A stretch of DNA of 64,000 nt from the human T2T-CHM13v2.0 reference genome, Homo sapiens: NCBI RefSeq assembly GCF_009914755.1, contig NC_060942.1, one strand, 5' to 3'. A program made the position numbers and the translations under genes. The notes beneath the pieces are model-generated. The model ran no database searches. It was given only the letters and a program-made list of their open reading frames with translations, and was not told the DNA's origin. Of this stretch, positions 29,266-45,548 are shown piece by piece (positions within the stretch are counted from its first letter, which is position 1; each line of letters starts with the position of its first letter).

Positions 29266-31239
29266 TGAGAGCCTGGGTCTGTAATTCCTATGAGCCTTTC
29301 CCCAAAAGCCTGCCCCACAGAGGCTCCCCTGTTGGCCTGATTCCCTCTCCAGAGCTTCTCCAGGGCCATGTTTCCTTTCTTGGGGGCAACAGTACTCTGG
29401 GTCCCAGCAACCACTGGCTGCTACAAGATGAGGTCCATGCATTCAGCTTTCTATCTAACACTTCCCCATCCCCACCCCCAGACACTGATGGTACTCCAGA
29501 GAATAGAAGCCCAGGGGGGTCCCTGTGTCACGCACAAACACCTGTTAAATCTCCACTAGCCCTAGGTGAACAGGGAAACTAATCTGAACACCTAGACTCC
29601 TGTCCAGCTTGGTGCAGAGTCTCAGAGAACCATGGAGTTGTTTATTTATTCCACACTGGTTAGAGACACCACTAGCCCATATAGCGCCTCTGTGCAAATA
29701 AGGAAAAAGCACCATTTTCCCCAGATAAATTAAGCCACATGCACCAGACACATGGCTGGTCAAGTGAGAGTAAGCTGTACTTCAGCCTCACTTGACTGCC
29801 TGGCTGAGTATCTTTGTGCAGTGCCCACCCTGCACAACTGTCCATGACAGCCTGATACCAGACCATTTAACTTGGTCTCATTTAATCCTCCCAATAGCCC
29901 TATGAGGCAAGCATAATTTCCCCCATTTTATATCTGAGACTTGAACTACAAGAGGTAAAGTAACTTGCCCAAGGTCATTCAGCTAGTAAATGGTGGCACT
30001 GGAAAAGAAACCTGAGGACTGTGAGAGCCCGGAACCCCTGCTCTTAACAGTGTCACTGCACTTCCTCTCCCTGACTCTGACAGCCATCGTCCTCTGGGGG
30101 GTTTTCTCAGTCAGCAGCCCTTCCCCCTCCCAAAGGCAACAGCCCTTCAGTGAGCTCAGCGCTATTTCTAGAGCCAGAACAGCTGCCGTCTCGAGATAGC
30201 ACACGACCCGTCACAGCAAACGCACAGAAATCAGTCTGAAAATTGCAGCCTGACAATTCAAAGGACTGAAGTGTCTTCCCAGATAGGTAGGAGAGAGGCA
30301 AGAACAGCTCAGCTGTTAACAACTGCGGGTCACAGCTGTCAGGAGACATGCCATGGCAGTGGAGAGCCCCGGCTCCAACCCCTGGCTGGTCCATGGCCCG
30401 GCTCAGCAGCCTTGAACTTCACCTGCCCTCTTTGGGCCACAGTTCACTCATCTGTCCCCAGGAATTATCAGAGCTGTTTTGAGATATCAGAACTGGATGC
30501 TAAAAAGCCTGATGTTCTCAGTGCAACCCTAAATAGTCCTGGGATTAATCTGCCCCAGGTGTGCACCTCACACCAAGCCTGAGGGTCATTTCTGGCACAG
30601 GGTGGGGGTTGGGGGTAGCAGGGCAAAGCCTGGTGTCTAGCTTCATTCCTCCTTCCCCACCCCGGAGTTCTGCAGGGCCCCAGATCCAGTGTTTAACATA
30701 TTCCCTGTGAGAGTATGTACATGATGACCTTATTTTCCAGGCCAGACTAGGGAGCCCTGAAAGGCTTCCCTTTGTAAAATTCAGCTCAACAGCCAGGAAT
30801 GCCTCAGTGTGTGAATGCTAGCACTGGCCAGTGCCCCTACTGCTTCTCATGGACTTTGACCACCATGCCCACAGGCACCCTAGCCAAGAGATACATCCTA
30901 GCTGCCTCCTTCTCCTTCCTTCATCTTCCGCCAACTCTCACCACTTCTCCTTCCTGAGTAGTCCCCATCTCCACCCCAGTGCCAGGGAAAGGATTCGGTC
31001 TTCTCCCCCCTGGGGGAGTCTCTCTGTCTGGAATACTCTTTGCTTTCTTGCTAGTCCCTGCCTACTCATTCAGCAGAGTCAGCCCAGGGGTCAGCTTCCA
31101 CTGGCTCCCTTCGTGGCCCTCCCTCCTCTGTGCCTGCAGCCCCTGGGCACTCCTCCAGACCAGCTCTTATTATGTGGAATTACACACAGCTCCTCCATGG
31201 CCTGTCTGCACTGTTGATGCGTGAGAAGGGTTTTTCTCC

Positions 31240-32500
31240 TCTTTGACTCATCAAAGATTTATAGACCCTCTACTGTGTTCCAGGAACTGTTTCAGGCCAG
31301 GATGCACTGATGAACTGGCCAGTGTCCCCACTCTCATGGCACTTCCACAGGGGCGACAATAAATGATTCATTCAATATAATGCCACATAGCCATAACTCT
31401 TCCAAAAAAAAAGCAGGACAAGGAATTGGAGGGTGCCTGGAAGGATAGTGGGTGGCCTAGGAAGGCCACTCTGGACAGGGGACATGAATAGAGGTATGGA
31501 GCCCTGTGCAGATGTGTGGGAAGAACTTCCCAGAGAAGGAAGTGAGTAAATACAATCACTTGCTCTGCAGTAGCAGCTGCCAATGTGGCTAGGCAGGGTT
31601 GTGGAGGTCAGAGAGGTGAGCAAAGCCAAGTCAAGCTGGGCCTGTGGGCCACCCAGTATCATGGGGACTCGGCAGAGGAACAACGTGATCTGATGTGGGG
31701 ATAAAGGACTGTAAAGGGAGGGAGGGAGAACTATTGCAGCATGAAAAGACAGTCGATTGCACTAAGGGGTGGCAAAGAAAGTGGGGAGAAGGAGACAGAC
31801 CCATGAAATAGTTTAGGAATGGAACCAGCAGGATGCATTGATAATTTAGAAAGTGAATAAATCAACAGTAACTCCTAGGACTTCAGCTTGAACAACTAGC
31901 GGGATGACATAACCATTTAAAGGTTAGAGAGATGAACAGGTTTGGGGTGTTGGGCCCTGTGAAGCTTCCTGTGCCCTCAGACATCTAGAGGAGATCACAG
32001 GTAGGCAGTCAGATGCACATGGCTGAGGCCCAGTGGTCAGGGCTGGGGATGCACATTCCAGAGTCAAAGGACAAGGGACTTCAGGAAACACTGGGAGAGA
32101 GTGCAGAGAGAAGAAGAAAGAGGGCCAAGGACAGGCCTGAGGTCAGCTCCCACATTCAGATGGCAGCAAATGACACTGAGAAGAAAGGTCTGCAGGTGGA
32201 AGAAAACCCAGACACAGAGCCCAGGGACATGGAAACTAAGAGGAGGGAGCATTTCCAGGACAGATGGGCCATATGCAGTGCTGACCCATATGTCTTGGAA
32301 ATGGGGGTCAAAGAAGAGGAGGACAGAGAAGGCACCACTGATCTAGCAACCAGGAAGTCATCAATGACCTTGACAAGAGCAGATTCAAGGGAGAAGGGAA
32401 CAGATGCCCCTCTGCCGTAGGTGGAAGCAAGGCCAGGAGTGGGAAATGTTGGAGATGGTGCCATGGAAGTCTGCAGGTGAAGGAGGGCTGAGTGAGTGTC
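31240..32500. mobile_element. L2 LINE relic
   Basis: L2-like motifs such as gatctagcaaccaggaagtcatcaatgaccttgacaagagcag and ttcagcttgaacaactag. Confidence 0.6.
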
Positions 32501-34128
32501 CGAAGACCTGGTCCTGGGGCAAGTGGAGAGGATGGGATGTCTCCCAAAGTGTAAAGGGATGGCTGGAGGAAGAAAAGAGAGACTTCAGTGTTCTGTGAGC
32601 CTCCAAAAGGCAAGCCTAAGAGCCCCAGCTGAGACTTAGGGAGGAAAGGTTTACAATCAGCCAGAGGAAGCACTTCGAACCAGGAGGCTCGCATGGGGAA
32701 GGATGGCCTCTTTGGGAGCTTCATGACCTGCTATCACTTACTAGCTTAGCAAGGTCTTGGTGGCCATCAAGTTGGGGGATGCCGGGCTATAAATGGAGAC
32801 ATGCAGTGGAAAACTGGAAGAGCCTCCAGCTGCCTTAACCTTGTGAGCATCCCCTAATCTAATGGGTGGGTGGATGCTTGGTCCTTCCAGCCCGACTCCA
32901 ACTCCCTTTTCTTTCCTTCTTTCCCATTCTCATGCCTTCCCCTAGCCTCCTGCCTTTGCCAAGTGATTGGCATAAAATTCTCAAAGATGGTCTACAAGGG
33001 AGGAAGCATAGGATCGTGAAGAAGGAGAAGAGGGAGAATGGGTAGTGGAAGCTGAAGGGAGGAACGGAGTCTGGGGAGTTGACCTGCAGTGAAGAAGGGG
33101 TGAGGCCCTGACAGGCACTGCACCCAGCTGATCCGGCCTCCTCAGTTTACAGGAAAGCAGACAAGGCCCAGGGAGGGAGTGCTATCCTCCCACGGAAGTG
33201 CTGTGCGTCTGGGGCGAACCTAGGCCCACTCAGAGAACCCCAGGAGTGACTGAGCAGGGGGGGAAGAGACCCCCTCACTCCACCTCCACGGAGCCCTATG
33301 GGGACCTGTGAGGTGCTTTAACCTTGGAGCACTTAGGGAGTTACAGAGCCTGTGACCTCCTTTGTATCACCCCCAGAGTTGGGTTAATGACCTCAGTTTT
33401 GCAGATGAAGTAATTGAGGCACAGAAAGGTTTGTGTAAGTGGTTATTTGCCCAGGAGACTCCACAGAGACTCAAAAGCCATAAAGCTTTGGGTTCAGAGC
33501 ACTCCTGGAGCAACCCTGACTTAAGGAGGAGGAGTCTCCCAGTGCCAACAACTCCACTTCCACCAGCAGCCTCAGCCGGCCGCAGCCTGGGTTCTGCCAG
33601 GCCCCAAGAAGCCCACATCAGGTTCATGGGACCAATGGGGGAAGCTGCCAAGTTTGTTTTGCTTTTTGTTTCTCCAGCATCCAGCCCAGAACATTCCACC
33701 AAACCTGCATCTCCAAATCCTTCCCAGTTGGGTGAAGCTCAACAGCTCTGGCCCTTTTTCCCTCCTTTTCTGCAGAAGAGAACATTGACCCGGAAGGCTG
33801 AAGTGAGCCAGCTGCACCTGCCACACAGGAGTGTGCTTCCTCCGCTGCTCTGCCTTCAGCCTGGACGATGGCATTCGGGACTGCAGGGGTCGCACTGCCC
33901 CCAAGGGCTCCTCTTTGAAATGTATAATTGCCAGGAGCAGGTGGAGGGATGCATTTTTCAGAGGCAACAATCAGAAAAACACTAAGCACACTTGGGAAGG
34001 CAGGAGGGAGGAGGACACAGAAGATAGAAAGTGGAAGAGATAGGGAAGGAGGAGATGAGAGACCCTAAAGATCATCTTGTCTGAGATCAACCCTGCAGCT
34101 TTGACAACAGTTGCACAGAAGTGATCTA

Positions 34129-34462
34129 TTTTTTTTTTTTTTTAATTTTTTGAGATACGGTCTTACTCTGTCACCCAGGCTGGAGTACAGTGGCATGCTC
34201 TCAGCTCATAGTGGCATGATCTCAGCTCACTGCAGCCTCGAACTTCTGGGCTCAAGTGATCTTCCGACCTCAGCCTCCTGAGTAGCTAGGACTACAAGCA
34301 TGCACCACCATGTCTAGCTATTTTTTTTTATTTTTATTTTTGGTAGAGACGAGGTCTTGCTATGTAGACCAAGCTGGTCTTGAACTCCTAGCCTCAAGCA
34401 ATCCTCCCGCCTCAGCCTCTTACAAGTTCTGGGATTATAGGCATGAGCAACTGTGCCTGACC
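34129..34462 (-). mobile_element. AluJ with an internal ~20-bp duplication
   Basis: TSD cagaagtgatcta; agtggcatgctctcagctcat followed by agtggcatgatctcagctcac. Confidence 0.9.
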
Positions 34463-34661
34463 AGAAGTGATCTACTTAAATCAATATGGCCTTTTTATTA
34501 TGGTCTAACAGCAAGGAGCTGAGGGCAGAAATAGAAGACCTGAAAGGACTTGGAAAGAAAAGACAAGGAGGCTCACCCAGCCCTGCATGAGCTGTCCACA
34601 GCCCAGAAGGAAGAACCCCTCTAACCCCTCCCATGAGTGCTGGGACTGTGGAGTCACACAG

Positions 34662-34721
<60 letters not shown>
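34662..34721. repeat. (GATA)15 microsatellite
   Basis: 15 perfect consecutive GATA units counted. Confidence 0.97.
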
Positions 34722-35926
34722 TAGTGCTCCAGCTCCACCCACCACCTGGAAGTGACCTAATCTTTTGGTGACTAAATTTCCTCATCTATAAAATGGAGGG
34801 TAATGAATACACCCACCTCAAATGTTTGAGGGTAAGGACTGAATGGGATAATACATGTAAGGCACCCAGTATAGTGCCTGGCCCCAGACACTCACTTGGC
34901 TCGCTCTTCAGCCAAGAGGACCCTCTTGTGTCATCTATTTGGGGCTTGCTCTTTTTTCCTGTAGCTGGTGCTACCCTGGCCTTGGGAGGTCTTCCACACT
35001 CCATCCCAGAAGCCCAGGAAGAAGGGTGCAGGGAGAAGGCTGTCCCACCCACAGGCAGCCTGGGCCAGCCCCGCTCCGGACCTCAGAGACAAGTGTCTCC
35101 TGAGTTGCCTTCCACACCTCCTCTTTGCCAGCCTGTTCCAGAGGTAAGACCCGGAGGGCCAAGATTGGTGTGGAGTATGGAAAGGGGGCCAGTGAGGCCA
35201 GCCAAGGAGCCTGCGGCTGTGCCTGGATCTAGGGGATCCAGAGGGCCCTGGAGATGCTCGCACAGGTGGTCTAGCCCAGTCCTCCAAAGCCAGAGGCTCC
35301 TCGGGATTTGGGGAATACCTGAGCAAACACAGAAGGATTATGTGCACTCGCCAGAGGGTCCTCTGTGTGTGCAATGACAGAAGTTGCCCTGGGGGCAGAC
35401 GTATCTACAGAAGGCAGAGTTAAAGGTGATTCGGTTGGGCTGGGGCTAGCAGGGAAGGCTTCAAGGAGGAAGTGGATACTGGAGGGAGGACAAGGACCTG
35501 GATGTGGAGCCAGACCCAGTTGGCAGAAGCTGAGTGAAGCCCTTTGTGCTGTGGCCATGGGCCAGGCTGACAGTCAGCTCTGCTGGGACAGTGTCTGGGG
35601 GACTCCTGCCTCAGCTGTCCTCTGTCCCTGTGACTGAAGTGGGGGATGTTTTCCTGAGGCAATGCATGCAACACTGCCCACCCTACAGGACAGAGGCCAT
35701 CACCATGAGGGCACCGCTGCCTCCCCCTGCTCTCTGAGCAGTTGCTGGGCAGACAGGCAGCTAGGCCAGTCCAGAGGGAACAGGGTTGCAGCTGACCATG
35801 GAGGACAAGTACCCTCTATCCTCCTCTGCCTTCCCAGAGGGGCCATGCTCGGTGAGGGGTGTTCAGGAGGAGGTCTAGTCAGTTAGCACAGGAGCACGTC
35901 ATCTGCCTTCACTGCCCCGTCTCTAC

Positions 35927-36120
<194 letters not shown>

Positions 36121-36629
36121 CTCTCTACTTTTTATACCTCACCCCCACCAACTGTCAGTCTTCCTTTTCCCACCCAGAAGCCCACAAATGTCAGCCTGCC
36201 CTACTATCAGCTCTTTTCAAGAGCGAATTCTCTGGCAATTCCAGCCTGTGAATGAGTTTCTGATTCTAATGTGTTTCCAGAAAGGGGACAACTTTTCAAA
36301 GACAGTGCCAGGAGACAAGGTTGAATCCAAAGGGATAAATCTCTAAGGGAAGACTCAGGAACACTGAAATCTAAGTTTTCTTTCTTACCAATAGCCTTTA
36401 CTATTTCCTCGCTTAATTCATTTTTTTTTTTTACACAATTCACATTTATTGAGCACCTACTACATAACAGGTGCCACGCTAGGTTCTGGGAATTCAAAAC
36501 GGAAGATGCACAACAACTGTCTTACTGAGAAGATGGAAGCACAAACACATGAGAAATGTCTTCACAGGCCTTCCTACTTGTGCAAAACACCCACTTAAAT
36601 AGAAATATTTGCTGATTGAAAATTATTCC

Positions 36630-36938
36630 GGCTGGGTGCTGTGGCTCACGCCTGTAATCCCAGCACCTTGGGAGGCTGAGGCAGGTGGATCACTTGAGGT
36701 CAGGAGTTCAAGACAAGCCTGGCCAACACAGTGAAACCCCGTCTCTACTAAAAATTACAAAAATTAGCCGGCGCTGGTGGCAGGTGCCTGTAGTCCCAGC
36801 TACTCAGTAGGCTGAGGGAGGAGAATTGCTTGAACCCGGGAGGCGAAGGTTGCAGTGAATCAAGATTGCATCACTGCACTCCAGCCTGAGCAATGGAGTG
36901 AAACTCTGTCTCAAAAAAAAAAAAAAAAAGAAAAAAAA
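36630..36938 (+). mobile_element. AluS
   Basis: Full Alu; TSD aaaattattcc. Confidence 0.94.
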
Positions 36939-38173
36939 TTATTCCTATATGCTCATTAAATCAGTTCCCCTAAGGATGCTTATTGGACAACACTTCATAG
37001 ACCTAGACTTGAAATTAATAAAGCTATATGTCAATGTATATCTTATAGCTCACACCTTTCTAATTCAGCCTGTACTTCCCCAGCCTGTGACCAATAAGAA
37101 GATCTGACCACAGCCTTTTATGAGCACTATCTGGCTTGAATTTGCTTTGTAGTGCTGTTTGGAGTTTTCCGGACTAATCATTTGGACTGGCTCCTTCTGC
37201 CTGTGGCTCCTGCTTGAGTATATACAATGTATGAGTCATTTGCTTCTTTGCCCCTCTTCATCCTCTGGTTATATTTGGTACTTCCTGACTTCCTTTCCAA
37301 ACTGTTAATAATAAATAACAGGTTGTACCACACTTCAACACCACACAACTATAGATAGCAAAACATGGCATGCACTGAATTATTCAATATGTGAATAATA
37401 CCATGAAGCTCATCCCATCTTCCAGATTTGGAGAGTTGTCAATTGGGACAATGTACGTCGTGTCCTCGTTAGGTCCTCCCCCAAGCTCTGCACAGCTGCT
37501 GCCAGGAGCTGTCCTGCCCATTTTAAAGAAGGCAGAAGCTGCTCACACGCCAGGGTAAAAACTCCAGTTCCATTCTAACTACGTTAACCATTATTTCCCA
37601 CATGTGGGGACTCTACATACTGCAGTCCTTCAACTAGGGGGGTACTTCGGGGTCAACTAGAAATAGAGATTTGAAATTGGAATTGTCCCAGGAAAATGTG
37701 GGAGGTGTGGTCATGCCATTTATTCTGTGACTAAGGAAATTCTTGCTCAAATGGGAGCGCTCCAGAAGGAAGTCAACTCAGCTGCTAACAATGTTGCATC
37801 AAAGGCACCTGAATTCCAAAACCAACTTGACAGAGGTCAGCTGTGTCTCTGACCCTGCAGGCTCCCAGCTGATAGGAAAGAGGAAGCTGGCCCAGATCAT
37901 GGAGAGAGGGGCAGAGAAAATAAAGGGCAAGAGGAGTGAGAAAGGGAGTAGGGAAGCAAGGACGTGGAGGAGAGAGGGAGGCAATGGGGAGGAAGAAAGG
38001 AAGGATGGACAAAAACAGGTAACAGGAAGAAAGGCAGAGGAGAACACAGGTGCAGTGAGGGCTATGAGAAGTTACAGGTGAAACCGTGGAAAGAGGAAGG
38101 AAAGACAAAAGATACTGGCAGCAGGAAAAGTTAGGAATGGAGCCCATGCAATGACAATGGTTTCAGCCACTGA

Positions 38174-38745
<572 letters not shown>

Positions 38746-39969
38746 TTTGACTCGCATTTTCTACCCCAAACCTCTTGAAGAACTCTCCCAGGAGTCCAGT
38801 AGGGAGGTACACACTTGCTGACTTACCTAGACTGCTCACCACCTGGGAGGCAGGGCCACTTAGCAGACAGGCCAGCATGGGAGGCTCAGCTTCCCAGGAC
38901 AAGCATGGGCCCCCACCTTACCCGTAATGTCCAGAGCTCCCTCTGCACTTCCATGGAAAGAACTGTGGTCCCAAAGGCCAGCATAAGACCCTCCAGCCCA
39001 GGCCACAGCGTGCGACCATCCCCACACCCTCGGGCATGTCTGTGGACATTTGCTTGACTGGTTTCTGACATCAGAATCTCATCTTTCTCAAAGCATTGAA
39101 TAAAAACATACATATCAGGGGTCCTTGAAAAACCCATTACTTCTCTGCAGGGTCAATTTAATGTTTGTGTGTCAAAATCACCAGCAACAAAAATGCAAGC
39201 CTCTCTCTCAGGGAAACGGACGTGAGAGTTACCCCCTCCTTAAAAATACAAAAATTAAGAAACCAAACAGCTTAATCAGCCCCTGGGAATGCTTAGCTGG
39301 CAGGTTCCAGTCATACCCAGCTCCCAGCAGAGACAGTATCCTGCCTCATCTGCAAAAATTCTCCACAATACCCTCCCTGCAATGAGTGTGCTCAGCCTGA
39401 GAATATTCCATTTTTATTCATTCAACAAATATTACTGATCAAGAGGAAATAGCCACATGATGGGGCGCATAGCAAATCTCAGCACCACCTTGATGGAAAT
39501 GGTTCTGCTCCAGCCAAGGGCAACCTCCCCTGTGGGCAGGGCAGGGAGTACCTGGGCAAGGGACTTCAGAGAAGCAGGGAACACCCACCTGACACCCGCT
39601 TCTTGATGCCACCCACCCACACACACCTACACACACTTGCTGGCTGATATCCGAAATCCCTGCAGCAGGGACAGAGCTTTGGCCCCCACCCCTAAATGGA
39701 GGTTTGAGACCAAGACTCCCCACCCTACCCCCTGATAGAAGGGGCCAGTGAATCCCCGCTTGGTTGTGGTTGGGTCCTATGCCTCACCCTTCAAATTCAT
39801 TCACCTTCAAGTTAAAGGAACCAGGTGGGATACCAAAGTGCAGGGAGTTTCGAGCCACCAGAACAAGACCTGCTTCTTCCACCCTAGGAAGTGGACAATG
39901 TGGCAGGGGCTGCAGGGCCACCCCGGGTTGAGCTTCCCCCACTCCCTGGCCTTTTGCCGGGGTCTGTAC

Positions 39970-40077
39970 CTGGAGCTGGAGTCACTGCCGCTCTGCACTG
40001 CTGGATCATCCGTGACATTAAAGAGCCCCGTCCAATTGGTCAGCTGGTCACCACTCTGCCAACCAAACTGGAGGCCT
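39970..40077 (-). CDS. ST8SIA5: ST8SIA5 alternative cassette exon, 108 nt (R-GLQFGWQSGDQLTNWTGLFNVTDDPAVQSGSDSSS-R; long-isoform stem insert)
   Basis: Acceptor cgttttcttgccag|AGGCCT, donor CAG|gtacag; phase 2-2, no stop, in frame with exon 23151-23243; peptide resembles the 36-aa insert I recall from the long ST8Sia V isoform. Confidence 0.88.
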
Positions 40078-41192
40078 CTGGCAAGAAAACGAGGCAGTCG
40101 GTACTCATGCTCATTTGCTGGGTTAAGCCTGCCTACCAGAGAGCCACATTCTGTTGCTGTGCCCAAGTGACACATTGCCTTGGTCATGCAATTAAAGGAG
40201 GCGATGGTACTGACTCCAACCATGAGGATGGTGATCATAAACCACAGCCCTCTACAGTGCTCTCTGCGGTTCTGCATCTATCCCCTCATTCCATCTGTAC
40301 CAGCAGGGCTGAGAGCACACATTTCACACACAGGGACATTGCGACTTTGCGAGACAAAGGTCGCAGAGCTCTTCTACCTCCTATACCGTGCCATCCCTCA
40401 ATTCCTGCCTCCAGTTAAACCAAAAGAGCGCCAGCACCACATTTTGTCCTCCTCAAAAGCCAGACACACTTCAGAGCTTTTAATAAAATCTACAGTATTC
40501 CAGCACACAAGGATACCACTTTTGGTTCAAGACGTGCACTCAGCACATGCTTATCTTCACTCCTTCCCCAACCCTCACTAAAATGACAGCAAAGGGATAA
40601 ATACAGACATGCATGTCGGGAGAAGGCCATAGAAGGGGCCAGCAATAACATGCTGGATGATGAAAAGCACAAGGTCATGGACCTCCACCAGACAGTGGAC
40701 ATCTTACTTCCTGCAAAAAGCAGATCTACTCGCAGTGAACAACTCAGGAAGGCTCAGGAATGAAAGGTCCCCAGGGCCAGCGAAGGTGGGAGTGCACAAT
40801 GGAGCTAAGAGCAGCATTGTTTGAAGTCTGCACAAAAAGCAGTCAGACAACCCTCTCCCCAACGCCCTGTGAATTCCCATACCAGGCCCTCTTCCCAAGC
40901 CCAGGCAGCCTGGCCACTCCACCTGCCCACCTCACAGATGTCAGGAGATTGCTTTCTGGGGAAACCGACTCACAGGAGTTCTGCGCTCTTTTCTCTTATC
41001 AGAGACTCTGCACTGAAAACAGTGGATGTGCCTGAAAGTCTGCTTACTGAGTGCACCTGGCTTCTGAATGCTTGGGTCACACACCCTGCCTTCCAGGTTT
41101 GCTGAGGGATGGGTTTCTCAGGAGGGAAACTGATCCGCTCAAAAGAAACAGATATGGAGGAAAGGGTTGGTGCCCGCTTAATTGCCCCAGGG

Positions 41193-41409
41193 CAGGCTTT
41201 CTCAGCCTGGCACTATGGCATCTGGGGTTGGCTACTTCATTGTTGTGGGACTGTCCTGTGCATTATAGGATGCTGAGCAACATCCCTGCTCTCTACCACC
41301 AGATGCCAGCAGCATTGTACCCTGGACCCTCCTGCTGCAGCAATCAAAAATGTCTCCAGACATTGCCAATGTCTACTGGGGGCAAAATTGCCCCAGTTGA
41401 GAATCGCTG
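41193..41409 (+). mobile_element. MER20 hAT-Charlie element
   Basis: aaaaatgtctccagacattgccaatgtctactgggggcaaaattgccccagttgagaatcgctg. Confidence 0.88.
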
Positions 41410-41550
41410 TCTATAACAATCCACAGAGCTTCCAAGAAACCTTCTAGTGACTGGCTGGCCCTTAAATATAAACAAGCTATTAAGACCATCATCATGTGAA
41501 GAAAACTTTAACAGTCAGAGAACAAAACAAAACAAAATAAAACAGAACAG

Positions 41551-42599
<1,049 letters not shown>

Positions 42600-43268
42600 C
42601 TAAGGGAATGGGGCAGCAGATGGTCACTGGAGCTGGGAACTGATCCATCCATATCTCCACTAATAGGCTGAGTACCTGAGTCTCTGCACCTCTCAAGGCC
42701 TCTGTTCCCATCTTTCAAGAGGACTGTCTCAGTTGCCTTCAAAGTCTTTGACTGCAAGTATCACAGATCTGAGCCTTCTTCTATGATGTCCACGCACCTC
42801 CCTCTTCAGAAGTCTAGCTCACCTCCTACGTGTGTGTCAGCTTAGTCTCCCAGCCAGACCCTGGGCTGAGGAGGCCCCTTGGGGCCCTGCCAGCAGCTCT
42901 CTGCTGCACACATGAAGTGCTCCAGCGATGCTTTGCTGAGTAACAGTAGACCCTGTTCTCATACTCTCCAGGCTCCACAGCAGTGGGGAGCTCAGAGGAA
43001 AAGGTACAACTCACAGGGCAGAGGCCGAAGCCAAAGCAAAATGCCTGTCCAGTTCTTAGTCCATTCAAAACACAGAAGGGCTCCGGTCTGGTTCTGATTC
43101 AATAGTTATTCATTTATCCATTTATTTATTTATTGAAGTGGTTGTTTCCTTTCAAAGAGATCACCAAGGTATTTCTTGGAGAAAATTTGGGTTTGGTTTA
43201 TTCAGAAGAGAGACACTTTGAGCACCTATTATGAACCCGGCCCTTTACATAAATGGTCTCAATTCCTA

Positions 43269-43680
<412 letters not shown>

Positions 43681-44439
43681 AAATCTCATTATCTCCATTT
43701 ACAGCTGATGAAATATGCAGCTTAGAGAGGTTTAGTAGCTTGCCCAAGTAACAAGTAGCTAAGCTAAGATTTAAACCGAGGGCTAACTCTAAATGCTTCT
43801 ACTCCTAAAAGTCTTTACCAAACAGCCTAGAGGCCAAGAAAACAGTAATATTTCCACCCGAGATTTTGCAAACTAGTTAGTTCACAAACATATCAAATCA
43901 ATGTCCAGCCCAGGAGTCTGCTACGAAACTCATGGGTCCTTAAAAAATAGTCTAACCAGCTAGACTTCTTCCCACAGCATGCATGAAGGGTCAGCTAGCC
44001 AGCCACACTGTCATCCTCCTACCCATGGTGAGACCCCATGTCCCTTCACATGGCAGTCCCCTCCCAGGACTATAGAAGCGAGGGACTACTGAGCAGAAAA
44101 TATGATGACTTAGCAAGACACTCATTATTAAATGGCACGGGTGGGGGGGGAACAAGTTACAAAAGGAGATACCCAATAGTAGTTCCATTTCTGTAAGGTT
44201 TTATACCAGAAAGCTGGTTACTTTTGTAGGTGGAATTAAAGTTTATTTTTTCTTTTAGTTTAGCAATGTTTACTCATTTACCTCAAAAAAACCTAACTGC
44301 ATAATTTTCAAAACCAATGTATTATATAATTTAAATTCCATTCCTGAGCTAAGGATAGGATCTATTATTAGTCAAAGAAACCCAATGAGGAAGGCCTGTG
44401 GAGGTATAAAGGAAGATGACAAAATGAAAAAACATTTCA

Positions 44440-44859
<420 letters not shown>

Positions 44860-45239
44860 TCATTCATTTATATAACATTTGTTGAGCATCTACTATGCAT
44901 TAGGAACTGGTAGTTGCTGGGCCAAGTAACAGCAAAGAGCAAACGCTTGTTTCCAAAATGCTCACCATAAAATTGAGATAATTACACTAACACACATAGA
45001 AATATTAGCAAACAAGATAGGGCAAAATCAAGTGCTTAAATGGAGTGCTGTAACTGGTTTTTTATGTCTAATTTATTTTTTCAAAAAGAAAAGATTTGAA
45101 GTAAATACGGCAGGATGTTAACATTTGTTAACACTGCTAATTCTCAGTCATGACTGCATGAATGTTTGTTATATTGTTCTCCATATTCTTTTGTAGTCTA
45201 TAATTCCATAATAAAAATACACGTTAAAATAATTTTTAA

Positions 45240-45548
45240 GGCCAGGCACGGTGGCTCGTGCCTGTAATCCCAGCACTTTGGGAGGCCAAGGAGGGTGGAT
45301 CACGAGGTCAGGAGTTCAAGACCAACCTGGCCAAGATGGTGGATCCCCATCTCTACTAAAAATACAAAAAAATTAGCCCAGTGTGGTGGCGCATGCCTGT
45401 AATCTCAGCTACTCAGGAGGCTGAGGCAGAGTATTGCTTGAACCCAGGAGGCGGAGGTTGCAGTGAGTCAAGATCACACCACTGCACTGGGCAAACAGAG
45501 AGAGACTCCATCTCAAAAAACAAACAAACAAACAACAACAACAAAAAA
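45240..45548 (+). mobile_element. AluS (Sg-like)
   Basis: ggatcacgaggtcaggagttc; (AAAC/AAC)n tail. Confidence 0.9.
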
